NCBI GenBank assembly: GCA_963732435.1
Contig: CAVSZL010000013.1
Coordinates: 129,605 to 193,604, forward strand
Direction: 5' to 3'
Origin: an uncultured Bacteroidales bacterium
GTDB lineage: Bacteria > Bacteroidota > Bacteroidia > Bacteroidales > VadinHA17
DNA: 64,000 nt
Under the pieces are notes generated by a model. The model searched no databases. It saw nothing but the letters and a program-made list of their open reading frames with translations, and was not told where the DNA came from. The position numbers and the translations under genes were made by a program. Below are positions 47,891 to 57,444 of the stretch, piece by piece (the first letter of the stretch is position 1; each line of letters starts with the position of its first letter).

Positions 47891-49144
47891 TTACTTAACT
47901 GAATATACAGCAAGGTATTCGCCATGCCTTATAAATAATCTTCCTTTATCAATTACAGGATGTGACCAGTATGGACCAGATCCTTTTGAGACCACAAATT
48001 CGCTAATAACTTCCAGCTTTTTATTACCTGGCTTTACCAGACCTACATGTCCGGATTTTTCTTCAAATATATATAACATTCCATCAGCCGAAATTACAGA
48101 TCCTTTATTATACCATTCTTCAATCCACAAAGTTTTTCCAGTAGTCCAGTCAACACAAATCCATTTTCCAAATGAAGTTGTTTCAAATGTTGAAGCATAA
48201 ATGTTATTCCCGAGAAGCACCATACCACCAACATGTGGATCTATATCGGAATTCTTCCAGACAAGCTGGGGTACAGAGTCGTCTGGTGACAATTTCAACA
48301 TAACAGATGTATGGCCATATCCGCTGGCAACAAACAAAAATCCATCACGAAAAACCGGAGTAGTTGTATGATTTTTTCTTATTCCTGAGTCAGAATTTTC
48401 AGCACCGTAATTATATTTCCATATTAATCTGCCTGAAGTTGCATCAACAGCAAAAATATAGTCGACAGACAAAGTTATAATCATTTTTTTCCCTCCATAT
48501 TCGATAAGTAAAGGATTTACATAACCGGTAGGATTATTTAAAGGTGAAGTTTCCCATACCACATCGCCATTTTTTACATTATATGCTACCATTGCAGCTT
48601 TGTTACCGCCAGGAGTACCAATAACAATATTATCAACAACCAAAGGTGATTCGGAGATTCCAAACCGTGGATGAACTCCCTCATATTTTTGATAATAATT
48701 AACTGACCACAGGGTTTTTCCTTCCTTGCTGACACTTACCATATCACCATGTCCACTTACCAGAAATATTCTTCCGAATGAGACAGTTGGTGTACACCGT
48801 GAATCAGGGTAATTACTGTTTGAGGATTTGCCATAAGGTACTTCCCATTTCTTCTTTCCATCCTGTGAAAAAGCAGTAAGAACATCCATGTCACCTTTTC
48901 TTCCTGTTATATAGATATCATCACTGGTAACTGTAACACTTGAGAAACCCGTACCAGCCTCATGTGATTCCCACAAAAGGGAAGGCCCTCCAGAAGGCCA
49001 GCTTTTTAAAAGTCCTGATTCGTTGTATATACCTGATCGGTCAGTATTGCGCCATCCATAGATTATCTGAGAAATTACAATATCCCCTGAAATAAAAAGC
49101 AATGAGATGATCAAGAAAAATATTCTGATTCCAATGGCTTTCAT
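47891..49144 (-). CDS. Secreted PQQ-like beta-propeller protein, divergent paralog
   Basis: Signal MKAIGIRIFFLIISLLFISG. YGWRNTDRSGIYNESGLLKSWPSGGPSLLW. C-terminal YWSHPVIDKGRLFIRHGEYLAVY parallels the other paralogs. ATG at 49144 preferred over 49180. Confidence 0.7.
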   Translation of the reverse strand: MKAIGIRIFFLIISLLFISGDIVISQIIYGWRNTDRSGIYNESGLLKSWPSGGPSLLWESHEAGTGFSSVTVTSDDIYITGRKGDMDVLTAFSQDGKKKWEVPYGKSSNSNYPDSRCTPTVSFGRIFLVSGHGDMVSVSKEGKTLWSVNYYQKYEGVHPRFGISESPLVVDNIVIGTPGGNKAAMVAYNVKNGDVVWETSPLNNPTGYVNPLLIEYGGKKMIITLSVDYIFAVDATSGRLIWKYNYGAENSDSGIRKNHTTTPVFRDGFLFVASGYGHTSVMLKLSPDDSVPQLVWKNSDIDPHVGGMVLLGNNIYASTFETTSFGKWICVDWTTGKTLWIEEWYNKGSVISADGMLYIFEEKSGHVGLVKPGNKKLEVISEFVVSKGSGPYWSHPVIDKGRLFIRHGEYLAVYSVK

Positions 49145-49541
49145 ATTGATATAAATTAAAAACGCAATATAAATAAACATCCATTAATTAGTTGATGAAA
49201 ATGATAATTAGCTCCTCGGGTTTAATCATTATTAAGATTTTTTAACATCCTTTATCTCCATTTATCTTTCATCTGATGTCATAATAAAATTATGCTGGCC
49301 GTTTACGGAGTCTTTTTTCCGGTTTTAAAATAATTACTGTTTCATTTATGTATTTTAATATTTTATATGATAATTAGTTATTTAATAATATTTATTCATC
49401 TATAATCCATATTTACTTAAATATATTACGTATTTTGTTTATTTTAATTTCATATTGAATTGTTATTAATAATATTTTATTATTTTTGTTGCCATATTTT
49501 TAAATGATTTCAGATTATAGTAATTTATAAAAGAATAGTCT

Positions 49542-50906
49542 ATGTGTGGTATTGTAGGTGTATTTGATCTCAAATCAGATCATATTGAGTTAAGGGCTAA
49601 GGTACTGAAGATGTCTAAAAGATTGAGACACAGAGGTCCGGACTGGTCAGGTATTTTCTATTCCGATAAAGCAATCCTGGCACACGAAAGACTATCAATT
49701 GTTGATGTGCAATCAGGAAAACAGCCATTATACAGTAAAGATAACAACCTGATTCTTGCTGTTAATGGTGAAATTTATAATCACCAGGAGATACGAAAGA
49801 GGTACGAAAACTCTTATGAATTTTTAACTCAATCAGATTGTGAAGTAATTCTCCCTTTGTATCGCGATAAGGGTCCTGCCTTCATTGAGGAGTTAAATGG
49901 AATTTTCGCCTTTGCACTTTATGACAAAGAAAATGATGATTATTTTATAGCCCGTGACCATATAGGTATTATTCCACTCTACATTGGGTGGGATTCTTCA
50001 GGTAATTTTTATGTCGCGTCTGAACTGAAAGCACTTGAAGGGGTATGCAATAAAATACAGGAATTCTTGCCAGGTCATTATCTCTCAGGTAAAGAAGGCA
50101 TTATGACAAAGTGGTATAAACGTGACTGGATGGATTATTCTGCTGTTGAAAGAAACCAGACCAGCATTGAAGATCTTAAAGATGCATTGGAAGCAGCAGT
50201 TCATCGGCAACTGATGTCAGATGTACCATATGGAGTCCTGCTTTCAGGCGGTCTTGATTCTTCTGTTGTATCAGCAATTGCCAAAAAATTTGCTCCAAAA
50301 AGGATAGAAACTCAGGACAAGAGCGAAGCCTGGTGGCCCCAATTGCATTCTTTTGCAGTTGGGTTACAGGGCTCTCCTGATCTGGCCGCTGCAAAAAAAG
50401 TTGCGGAACATATCGGAACAATTCATCATGAAATTCATTTCACGGTACAGGAAGGACTCGATGCATTACGGGATGTCATATACCATATCGAGACATATGA
50501 TGTAACAACTATCAGAGCATCAACTCCGATGTATCTTCTTGCCAGGGTCATAAAATCGATGGGAGTAAAAATGGTCCTTTCCGGTGAAGGCGCCGACGAA
50601 ATATTCGGAGGATATTTATATTTTCATAAAGCTCCTGATGCCAATGCTTTTCACGAAGAGACCGTAAGAAAGATCAGTAAATTGCATTTGTACGATTGTT
50701 TGCGTGCCAATAAATCTCTTGCAGCTTGGGGAGTAGAGGGTCGTGTTCCATTTCTTGACAAAGAATTTATGGATGTGGCTATGCGCCTCAATCCTAAAGA
50801 TAAAATGATTACCAAAGAAAAAATGGAAAAATGGGTATTGAGAAAAGCTTTTGAAGATTACCTGCCTGACAGCGTCAGCATGGCGACAAAAAGAACAATT
50901 TTCTGA
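49542..50906 (+). CDS. asnB: Asparagine synthase (glutamine-hydrolysing), segment 1 of a frame-disrupted gene
   Basis: N-terminal MCGIVG (Ntn Cys). SGGLDSS PP-loop. Homology runs to ..EDYLPDSV, then goes out of frame near 50874-50880. Confidence 0.9.
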   Translation: MCGIVGVFDLKSDHIELRAKVLKMSKRLRHRGPDWSGIFYSDKAILAHERLSIVDVQSGKQPLYSKDNNLILAVNGEIYNHQEIRKRYENSYEFLTQSDCEVILPLYRDKGPAFIEELNGIFAFALYDKENDDYFIARDHIGIIPLYIGWDSSGNFYVASELKALEGVCNKIQEFLPGHYLSGKEGIMTKWYKRDWMDYSAVERNQTSIEDLKDALEAAVHRQLMSDVPYGVLLSGGLDSSVVSAIAKKFAPKRIETQDKSEAWWPQLHSFAVGLQGSPDLAAAKKVAEHIGTIHHEIHFTVQEGLDALRDVIYHIETYDVTTIRASTPMYLLARVIKSMGVKMVLSGEGADEIFGGYLYFHKAPDANAFHEETVRKISKLHLYDCLRANKSLAAWGVEGRVPFLDKEFMDVAMRLNPKDKMITKEKMEKWVLRKAFEDYLPDSVSMATKRTIF

Positions 50907-51210
50907 TGGAGTGGGATATAACTGGATTGATACCCTAAAGGCGCTGGTGGCCAAAGAGGTTACGGATGAGCAATTGAAAAATGCAAAATACCGGTTTCCG
51001 ATTAATCCTCCCCCTACTAAGGAAGAGTATTATTACAGATCTATATTCACTGAGCATTTCCCGTCTGATTCAGCTGCATTATGTGTTCCATCGGTTCCTT
51101 CCGTTGCCTGCAGTACACCGGAAGCTCTTGCATGGGATGCCTCATTCAGAAATATGAATGATCCATCCGGCCGGGCAGTAAAAAGCGTTCATAACGATTC
51201 TTATAAATAA
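50851..51210 (+). CDS. asnB: Asparagine synthase, segment 2 (C-terminal)
   Basis: AWRQKEQFSDGVGYNWIDTLK is the conserved AsnB C-terminal motif, directly continuing ..LPDSV from the other frame. Confidence 0.9.
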   Translation: MKITCLTASAWRQKEQFSDGVGYNWIDTLKALVAKEVTDEQLKNAKYRFPINPPPTKEEYYYRSIFTEHFPSDSAALCVPSVPSVACSTPEALAWDASFRNMNDPSGRAVKSVHNDSYK

Positions 51211-51411
51211 AAGGGGATTTTCATAATTTCGTTACTACCACCTGCCATCTATTTGTTGGTTATGATATTACTGTTTAATTTATTGAAAGATAGATTAGAT
51301 GAGACATATACAATAAAAGTCTAATGGAATTACATACTCTCATTAAATATTCCTATTTTTATCAAGCCTGAATTCTTGTTTTGTATTCTGACTTTATAAA
51401 TAATAGACTTA

Positions 51412-52842
51412 ATGAAAAAAGAACTTCCATTATTGTTGTGTACATCTCTGGCGATGTCCTCGTGTGGTACATCAAATAAAGAGAATCAATTACCAAATAT
51501 TGTTTTTATTCTTGCCGACGACCTTGGCTATGGAGATCTGAGCTGTTATGGGCAGAAATTGTTTTCAACACCCAACATTGACAGACTCGCATCAGAAGGT
51601 ATGCTCTTTACCCAGCACTATACAGGTTGCACGGTTTCTGCTCCTTCACGTTCAAGCCTTATGACCGGTCTTCATACCGGCCACACTCCAATACGAGGTA
51701 ACAAAGAATGGCAACCAGAGGGACAATGGCCCCTCCCTGCTGCTTCATTAACAGTTGCAGAGATTCTGAAAACAAAAGGTTATACAACAGGAGCTTTCGG
51801 TAAATGGGGACTTGGATACATTGATACTGAAGGAGATCCAAATAACCAGGGGTTCGATCAGTTTTTCGGGTACAACTGTCAGAGGCTTGCCCACAATTAC
51901 TATCCGTATTACCTGTGGAATAACAGAGAAAAGATACTTATACCTGAAAATGAGGGGAAAAAATCAGGTATTTACGCCCCTGACCTGATTCAAAAGGCAG
52001 CAATTGAATTTATTGAGAAGAATCAAACAAAACCGTTTTTTCTTTTCTACCCGAATATCATTCCTCATGCTGAATTATTTGCAAAAGAAGAATATCTTAA
52101 CAGGTTCAGGGGAAAATTTGACCCTGAAAAATCATTTACAGGTGTGGATGATGGTCCGACCTTCAGACAGGGTCCATATGGTTCACAACCTGAAGCACAT
52201 GCCGCATTTGCAGCTATGGTTACCCAACTTGACGATTATGTTGGTGAACTTCTTGCAAAACTGTCAGAACTGGGTCTTGAAAAGAATACTATTGTAATAT
52301 TTTCATCAGATAATGGTCCGCATCTTGAAGCTGGTGCTGATCCTGATTATTTTAACAGCAATGGAGACCTGAGAGGGTATAAACGCGATATGTATGAAGG
52401 TGGAATCAGGGCTCCAATGCTCGTCAGATGGCCAGCTAAAGTAAAAGCCGGAGTTAAAAATGACCATATTTCAGCATTTTGGGATATACTTCCAACTTTT
52501 GCAGAGATAACCGGAGCTGAAATACCTTCAGATATTGATGGGATCTCATTTCTTCCGGCTCTCACTGGCAAAGAACAGAAAAAGCATGATTATCTTTACT
52601 GGGAGTTCCATGAGCAGGGAGGTAAAATCGGCATCAGGATGGAAAACTGGAAAGCAGTTAAACTTAATGTTGATAAGGATTCACTGACTACGACAGAATT
52701 ATATAACCTGTCAACCGATGTTGGAGAATCAAACAATGTCGCTGCTGAAAATCCTGATATAATTAAAAGAGTTGAGGAGATTATAAAGGAGGCTCATATC
52801 CCATCTGATGTATTTCCTTTTTTAAGTGAAACCAATAAATAA
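51412..52842 (+). CDS. S1 sulfatase, Ser-type, lipoprotein
   Basis: NIVFILADDLGYGDLSCYG. SAPSRSSLMTG signature with Ser at the formylglycine position. Signal ..AMSSCG. Confidence 0.9.
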   Translation: MKKELPLLLCTSLAMSSCGTSNKENQLPNIVFILADDLGYGDLSCYGQKLFSTPNIDRLASEGMLFTQHYTGCTVSAPSRSSLMTGLHTGHTPIRGNKEWQPEGQWPLPAASLTVAEILKTKGYTTGAFGKWGLGYIDTEGDPNNQGFDQFFGYNCQRLAHNYYPYYLWNNREKILIPENEGKKSGIYAPDLIQKAAIEFIEKNQTKPFFLFYPNIIPHAELFAKEEYLNRFRGKFDPEKSFTGVDDGPTFRQGPYGSQPEAHAAFAAMVTQLDDYVGELLAKLSELGLEKNTIVIFSSDNGPHLEAGADPDYFNSNGDLRGYKRDMYEGGIRAPMLVRWPAKVKAGVKNDHISAFWDILPTFAEITGAEIPSDIDGISFLPALTGKEQKKHDYLYWEFHEQGGKIGIRMENWKAVKLNVDKDSLTTTELYNLSTDVGESNNVAAENPDIIKRVEEIIKEAHIPSDVFPFLSETNK

Positions 52843-52897
52843 TATTAGAATATTTCTTATTTTCCTGTTAAAAATTGGTCAAAACTTAAAAGACTTT

Positions 52898-54442
52898 ATG
52901 GATCCAATATCAAGAAAAAGAATCGCCCCTGCTGCAATGTGTTTATTGACAGCAGCTTCCTATATAGCTCCGGGATGCAAGCCGGCAGAAAAACCTAATA
53001 TTATTATTATATATGCTGATGATCTTGGTTATGGTGATCTGAGTTGTTATGGAGCAACAACAATATCAACACCCAATATTGACAGGTTTGCAGACAAAGG
53101 ATTGCGTTTTACAAATGCACATTGTACTTCAGCAACGAGTACTCCATCGAGATATTCATTACTTACAGGTGAATATGCATGGCGTATTAAGGGCACAGGA
53201 ATTGCAAGGGGTGATGCTTCAGCAATAATTAAGCCTGGCCGGCATACCATCGCAACTATTCTTAAGCAGACAGGCTACTCGACAGCAGTTGTTGGAAAGT
53301 GGCACCTCGGACTTGGCGCTGATGATGGAGTTGATTGGAATAAAGATATTGTGCATGGTCCGATGGATATAGGATTTGATTACAATTTTATAATTCCCGC
53401 TACAGGAGACAGAGTACCATGCGTATATGTAGAAAACAGGAGAGTCGTTGGTCTTGAATCTGCAGATCCGATAACTGTCTCATATGGTGAAAAAGTCGGT
53501 CAATGGCCAACCGGAAAAGAGAATCCAGATATGCTGAAGATGAAACCAAGTCATGGTCATGATATGACAATAGTGAATGGGGTGAGTAGAATAGGTTACA
53601 TGACAGGAGGTAAATCAGCTCTTTGGATTGATGAAGATATGGCTGACAGAATAACGGGAAAAGCAATTGAATTTATTGAAAAAAACAAGGATAGGCCTTT
53701 CTTCCTCTATTTTGCAACTCATGATATTCATGTGCCGCGACTGCCTCATGAACGATTCACCGGTAAAAGTGGCATGGGACCAAGAGGAGATGCAATACTC
53801 GAATTTGACTGGTCAGTGGGAGAAATTGTAAATAAAATTGACCAGCTTGGCCTCTCCGGGAATACTATAATAATTGTAACAAGTGACAATGGACCTGTTA
53901 TTGATGATGGATACAAAGATATGGCCGTTGAACTTCTCGGTAATCATAAGCCTGCCGGACCATTGCGTGGAGGTAAATACAGCGCATTCGACGGAGGAAC
54001 ACGTGTTCCATTTATAATAAAATGGGAAAGCAAAATTAAATCCGGTATCTCAGATGCACTCTTTAGCCAGGTTGACTTGATGGCTTCTTTAGCAGATATA
54101 GCTGGCAGCATTCTTCCCGAAGATGCAGGACCTGACAGTTTTAACCAGTCTGATGCACTTATTGGAAAAACTCTCGATGGAAGGGGGTGGCTTATTGAAC
54201 AATCACTAAATAACAGACTGTCTCTGATAATGGGCGACTTCAAATATATTGAATCAGGTCCTGGAGTCAGATTAATGACAAATACAAAGACTGAAACAGG
54301 TAATGATACTGTACCGCAGCTTTATAATCTAAGATATGATATAGGTGAAAAGAATAATATTGCAGGAGAGAACCAGGATATTGTTAAACAGCTTTCAAAT
54401 TTACTCGGTGAAATAAAGGAAAATAACAAAATAAATAAATAA
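52898..54442 (+). CDS. S1 sulfatase, Ser-type, lipoprotein
   Basis: NIIIIYADDLGYGDLSCYG. STPSRYSLLTG. ATG at 52898 preferred over the GTG at 52826, which overlaps the previous gene. Confidence 0.9.
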   Translation: MDPISRKRIAPAAMCLLTAASYIAPGCKPAEKPNIIIIYADDLGYGDLSCYGATTISTPNIDRFADKGLRFTNAHCTSATSTPSRYSLLTGEYAWRIKGTGIARGDASAIIKPGRHTIATILKQTGYSTAVVGKWHLGLGADDGVDWNKDIVHGPMDIGFDYNFIIPATGDRVPCVYVENRRVVGLESADPITVSYGEKVGQWPTGKENPDMLKMKPSHGHDMTIVNGVSRIGYMTGGKSALWIDEDMADRITGKAIEFIEKNKDRPFFLYFATHDIHVPRLPHERFTGKSGMGPRGDAILEFDWSVGEIVNKIDQLGLSGNTIIIVTSDNGPVIDDGYKDMAVELLGNHKPAGPLRGGKYSAFDGGTRVPFIIKWESKIKSGISDALFSQVDLMASLADIAGSILPEDAGPDSFNQSDALIGKTLDGRGWLIEQSLNNRLSLIMGDFKYIESGPGVRLMTNTKTETGNDTVPQLYNLRYDIGEKNNIAGENQDIVKQLSNLLGEIKENNKINK

Positions 54443-54443
54443 G

Positions 54444-55943
54444 ATGGCTCTAAAAAACACTTCTATTGGCATCAGCGCAATAGTATCAGTATCAGTTGCT
54501 TCCTTATTTAGTACAGGATGTAATAAAGAAACAAAACAAAATGTTATATTCATCCTTCTGGATGACTTTGGTTACACCGATCTTGGCTGTTATGGCAGCA
54601 AATTCTACGAAACTCCGAATATCGACAGACTTGCAGATCAGGGTGTAAGATTTACAGATGCTTATGCAGCCTGCCCGGTATCATCACCAACAAGGGCAGC
54701 AATCATGACAGGAAGATATCCTGTTAATACCGGTATTACAGACTGGATACCCGGCAGACAGGCTGCCAAAAATGGATTACCTGAAAACAAATATCTTTCA
54801 TTAGATTTTAAGCAACAGCTCGATCTGTCAGAAACGACTATTGCAGAAGTATTAAAAACAAATGGTTATGCCACTATGATCTCAGGGAAATGGCATCTGG
54901 GAGGCACTCCTGAATATTGGCCTGAAAACCAGGGATTTGATATCAACAAAGGCGGATATAGTGCCGGAGCTCCAAGAATAACTGATGTATCAAATGGTTT
55001 TTTTTCTCCATACGGGAATCCAAGGCTTGAGGACGGACCGGCAGGTGAATATCTGACTGACCGGCAGACAGATGAAGCAATAAGATTCATAGAGAATACG
55101 GGTAAAAAACCCTTCTTCATATATCTCTCCTACTATGCAGTACATACCCCAATTCAGGGAAAAGAAGATCTTGTTAAAAGATTTACACAGAAAGCAGACT
55201 CGATGAATTTAAACACTCAAACATCATTTACTACAGAGAAAGAGTGGATTCCAAAATCATCATCAGATAACTTTAAAGAACGAACTATTCAAAGTAATCC
55301 TGTTTATGCTGCCATGATTTACAGTGTTGATGAGAATATAGGGAAACTAATAAAAAAACTGGAGGAGTTAAAAATTGATGAAAATACAATAATAATTTTC
55401 ACATCGGATAATGGCGGCCTTTCAACATCGGAAGGGTCTCCGACCTGTAACTTTCCATTGAGAGCTGGTAAAGGGTGGCTTTATGAAGGGGGTATTCGTG
55501 TGCCACTGATAATAAAAGCTCCTGGAGTACAAAAGGATACCAGGGAAGTAAGAACACCTGTCTCATCTATTGATTATTTTCCTACCATAATTGAATTGAC
55601 CGGATCTGTCCAATCTGAAAATCCAGTTGATGGGATCAGTATAGTTCCTTTATTAAAAAACGATAAAATTATTGACCGTCCTCTGTTCTGGCATTATCCG
55701 CATTATTCAAATCAGGGAATTGAACCAGGTAGTGCAATAAGGCTGGGAAATTATAAACTAATAGATAATTTTGAAAAAGAAAGACAGGAATTATACGACC
55801 TGGAAAAGGATATTTCAGAAGAATATGATATCTCTGCCGATAACCCTGCAAAAACTAAAGAACTTTATAACCAGTTGGCAGAATGGCGTAAAAATGCAAA
55901 TGCAAAAATGATGGAACCCAATCCTAACTTTAATCTTAAATGA
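54444..55943 (+). CDS. S1 sulfatase, Ser-type, lipoprotein
   Basis: NVIFILLDDFGYTDLGCYG. SSPTRAAIMTG. Start is 1 nt after the previous stop. Confidence 0.9.
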   Translation: MALKNTSIGISAIVSVSVASLFSTGCNKETKQNVIFILLDDFGYTDLGCYGSKFYETPNIDRLADQGVRFTDAYAACPVSSPTRAAIMTGRYPVNTGITDWIPGRQAAKNGLPENKYLSLDFKQQLDLSETTIAEVLKTNGYATMISGKWHLGGTPEYWPENQGFDINKGGYSAGAPRITDVSNGFFSPYGNPRLEDGPAGEYLTDRQTDEAIRFIENTGKKPFFIYLSYYAVHTPIQGKEDLVKRFTQKADSMNLNTQTSFTTEKEWIPKSSSDNFKERTIQSNPVYAAMIYSVDENIGKLIKKLEELKIDENTIIIFTSDNGGLSTSEGSPTCNFPLRAGKGWLYEGGIRVPLIIKAPGVQKDTREVRTPVSSIDYFPTIIELTGSVQSENPVDGISIVPLLKNDKIIDRPLFWHYPHYSNQGIEPGSAIRLGNYKLIDNFEKERQELYDLEKDISEEYDISADNPAKTKELYNQLAEWRKNANAKMMEPNPNFNLK

Positions 55944-55944
55944 A

Positions 55945-57417
55945 ATGATAAAATTTAAAACAGCTGTCAGCATCGGAGCAGCCTCCATTGCATCCTTCCA
56001 GTGCACAACACAAAATCAGACTGCTATTAAGACTGCAACTCCCAACATCATTCTTATCCTGATGGATGATCTGGGTTATGGGGATATTGGAAGAAATGGT
56101 GCGAACCAGTATGAGACACCAAATCTTAACCGGATGGCAAACCAGGGCATGCAATTCACCTGGTATTATTGCCCCCAGGCTGTGAGCAGTGCATCGAGAG
56201 CCGGGTTAATGACCGGGTGCTATCCCAACAGAGTAGGTATCGCCGGTGCGCTATTCCCATATTCTACAATTGGAATTAATTCCGAAGAGACAACAATTGC
56301 AGAAATGCTTAAGACAAAGGGGTACCACACAGGGATAATAGGAAAGTGGCACCTTGGATATCAGACAGAGTTTCTTCCTCTTCAGCATGGTTTTGATGAG
56401 TATTATGGCATCCCATATTCAAACGATATGTGGCCAGTTGATTTTGATGGCGTTCCTATCCATCTGAAAGATACCACAAGCAATAAGATGAAACACCCGG
56501 TATTGCCTCTTATTGAGGGTAATGATAAAGTGGGAGAAATACCGGACTTAGCCGGACAGGACAAACTTACAACCGATTACACCGAAAGGGCAGTTAAATT
56601 CATTGATAATAATAAAGACACCCCATTTTTCTTGTATCTGCCTCATACAATGGTACATATTCCCCTCGGTGTATCAGAAAAATTCAGAGGAAAGAGTAAG
56701 CAGGGAATGTATGGTGATGTTATGATGGAAGTGGATTGGTCAATTGGTGAGATAATGAAGGCTGTTGAAAGAAATGGTCTGGATAAGAATACTCTGATCA
56801 TTTTCACAAGCGATAATGGACCATGGCTAAACTTTGGCAACCACGCAGGAACAACCGGCGGATTGCGTGAGGGAAAAGGTACCAGTTGGGAAGGTGGACA
56901 GAGAGTCCCTTGCATTATGAGATGGCCTGGAAAAATACCTGAAGGTGAAATATGCAACAGACTTGCTTCTTCGATTGATATCCTTCCAACACTCGCAGAA
57001 ATAACAGGGGCTTCACTCCCGGAAAAGAAAATTGATGGTATAAGCATTTTACCGCTTCTCCTGGGTGATAAAACAGCCTCTCCAAGGCAAAATTTCTATT
57101 ACTATTACCGTCAGAACAGTCTCGAAGGAGTTCAGAAAGAGTATTGGAAACTTGTGCTTCCTCATACAAGTCAATCTTATGAAGGAGTAGAACCCGGAAA
57201 TAACGGGTGGCCCGGAAAAATTGTCACTTATACCGTTAATGAGCTGGAACTGTATGATCTTCGAAGGGACCCGGGAGAAAGATACAATGTCGCTGACTTG
57301 TATCCTGATATTGTTAAAGAACTTCAGGATCTGGTAAACGAGGCCCGTGAAGATCTGGGAGATGATATAACAAATGTTCCAGGTGCTAACCGGAGAAAAC
57401 CTGGTTCAGTAAACTAG
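55945..57417 (+). CDS. S1 sulfatase, Ser-type (SxAxR variant)
   Basis: NIILILMDDLGYGDIG. SSASRAGLMTG. Start is 1 nt after the previous stop. Confidence 0.9.
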   Translation: MIKFKTAVSIGAASIASFQCTTQNQTAIKTATPNIILILMDDLGYGDIGRNGANQYETPNLNRMANQGMQFTWYYCPQAVSSASRAGLMTGCYPNRVGIAGALFPYSTIGINSEETTIAEMLKTKGYHTGIIGKWHLGYQTEFLPLQHGFDEYYGIPYSNDMWPVDFDGVPIHLKDTTSNKMKHPVLPLIEGNDKVGEIPDLAGQDKLTTDYTERAVKFIDNNKDTPFFLYLPHTMVHIPLGVSEKFRGKSKQGMYGDVMMEVDWSIGEIMKAVERNGLDKNTLIIFTSDNGPWLNFGNHAGTTGGLREGKGTSWEGGQRVPCIMRWPGKIPEGEICNRLASSIDILPTLAEITGASLPEKKIDGISILPLLLGDKTASPRQNFYYYYRQNSLEGVQKEYWKLVLPHTSQSYEGVEPGNNGWPGKIVTYTVNELELYDLRRDPGERYNVADLYPDIVKELQDLVNEAREDLGDDITNVPGANRRKPGSVN

Positions 57418-57444
57418 ATATGCAATAAAGTAATATTAACTTTT

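Noticed and set aside
41458-49180. Calling the propellers PQQ-dependent dehydrogenases, or PL24/PL25-type ulvan lyases.
   Set aside because: The window has no pqq biosynthesis genes or cytochrome c domains, and the lifestyle appears anaerobic. Pfam PQQ-like repeats also occur in non-quinoprotein BamB-like proteins. The size (about 400 aa) and the WRGxxxxG entry motif do not match what I recall of PL24/25. Function is left open.
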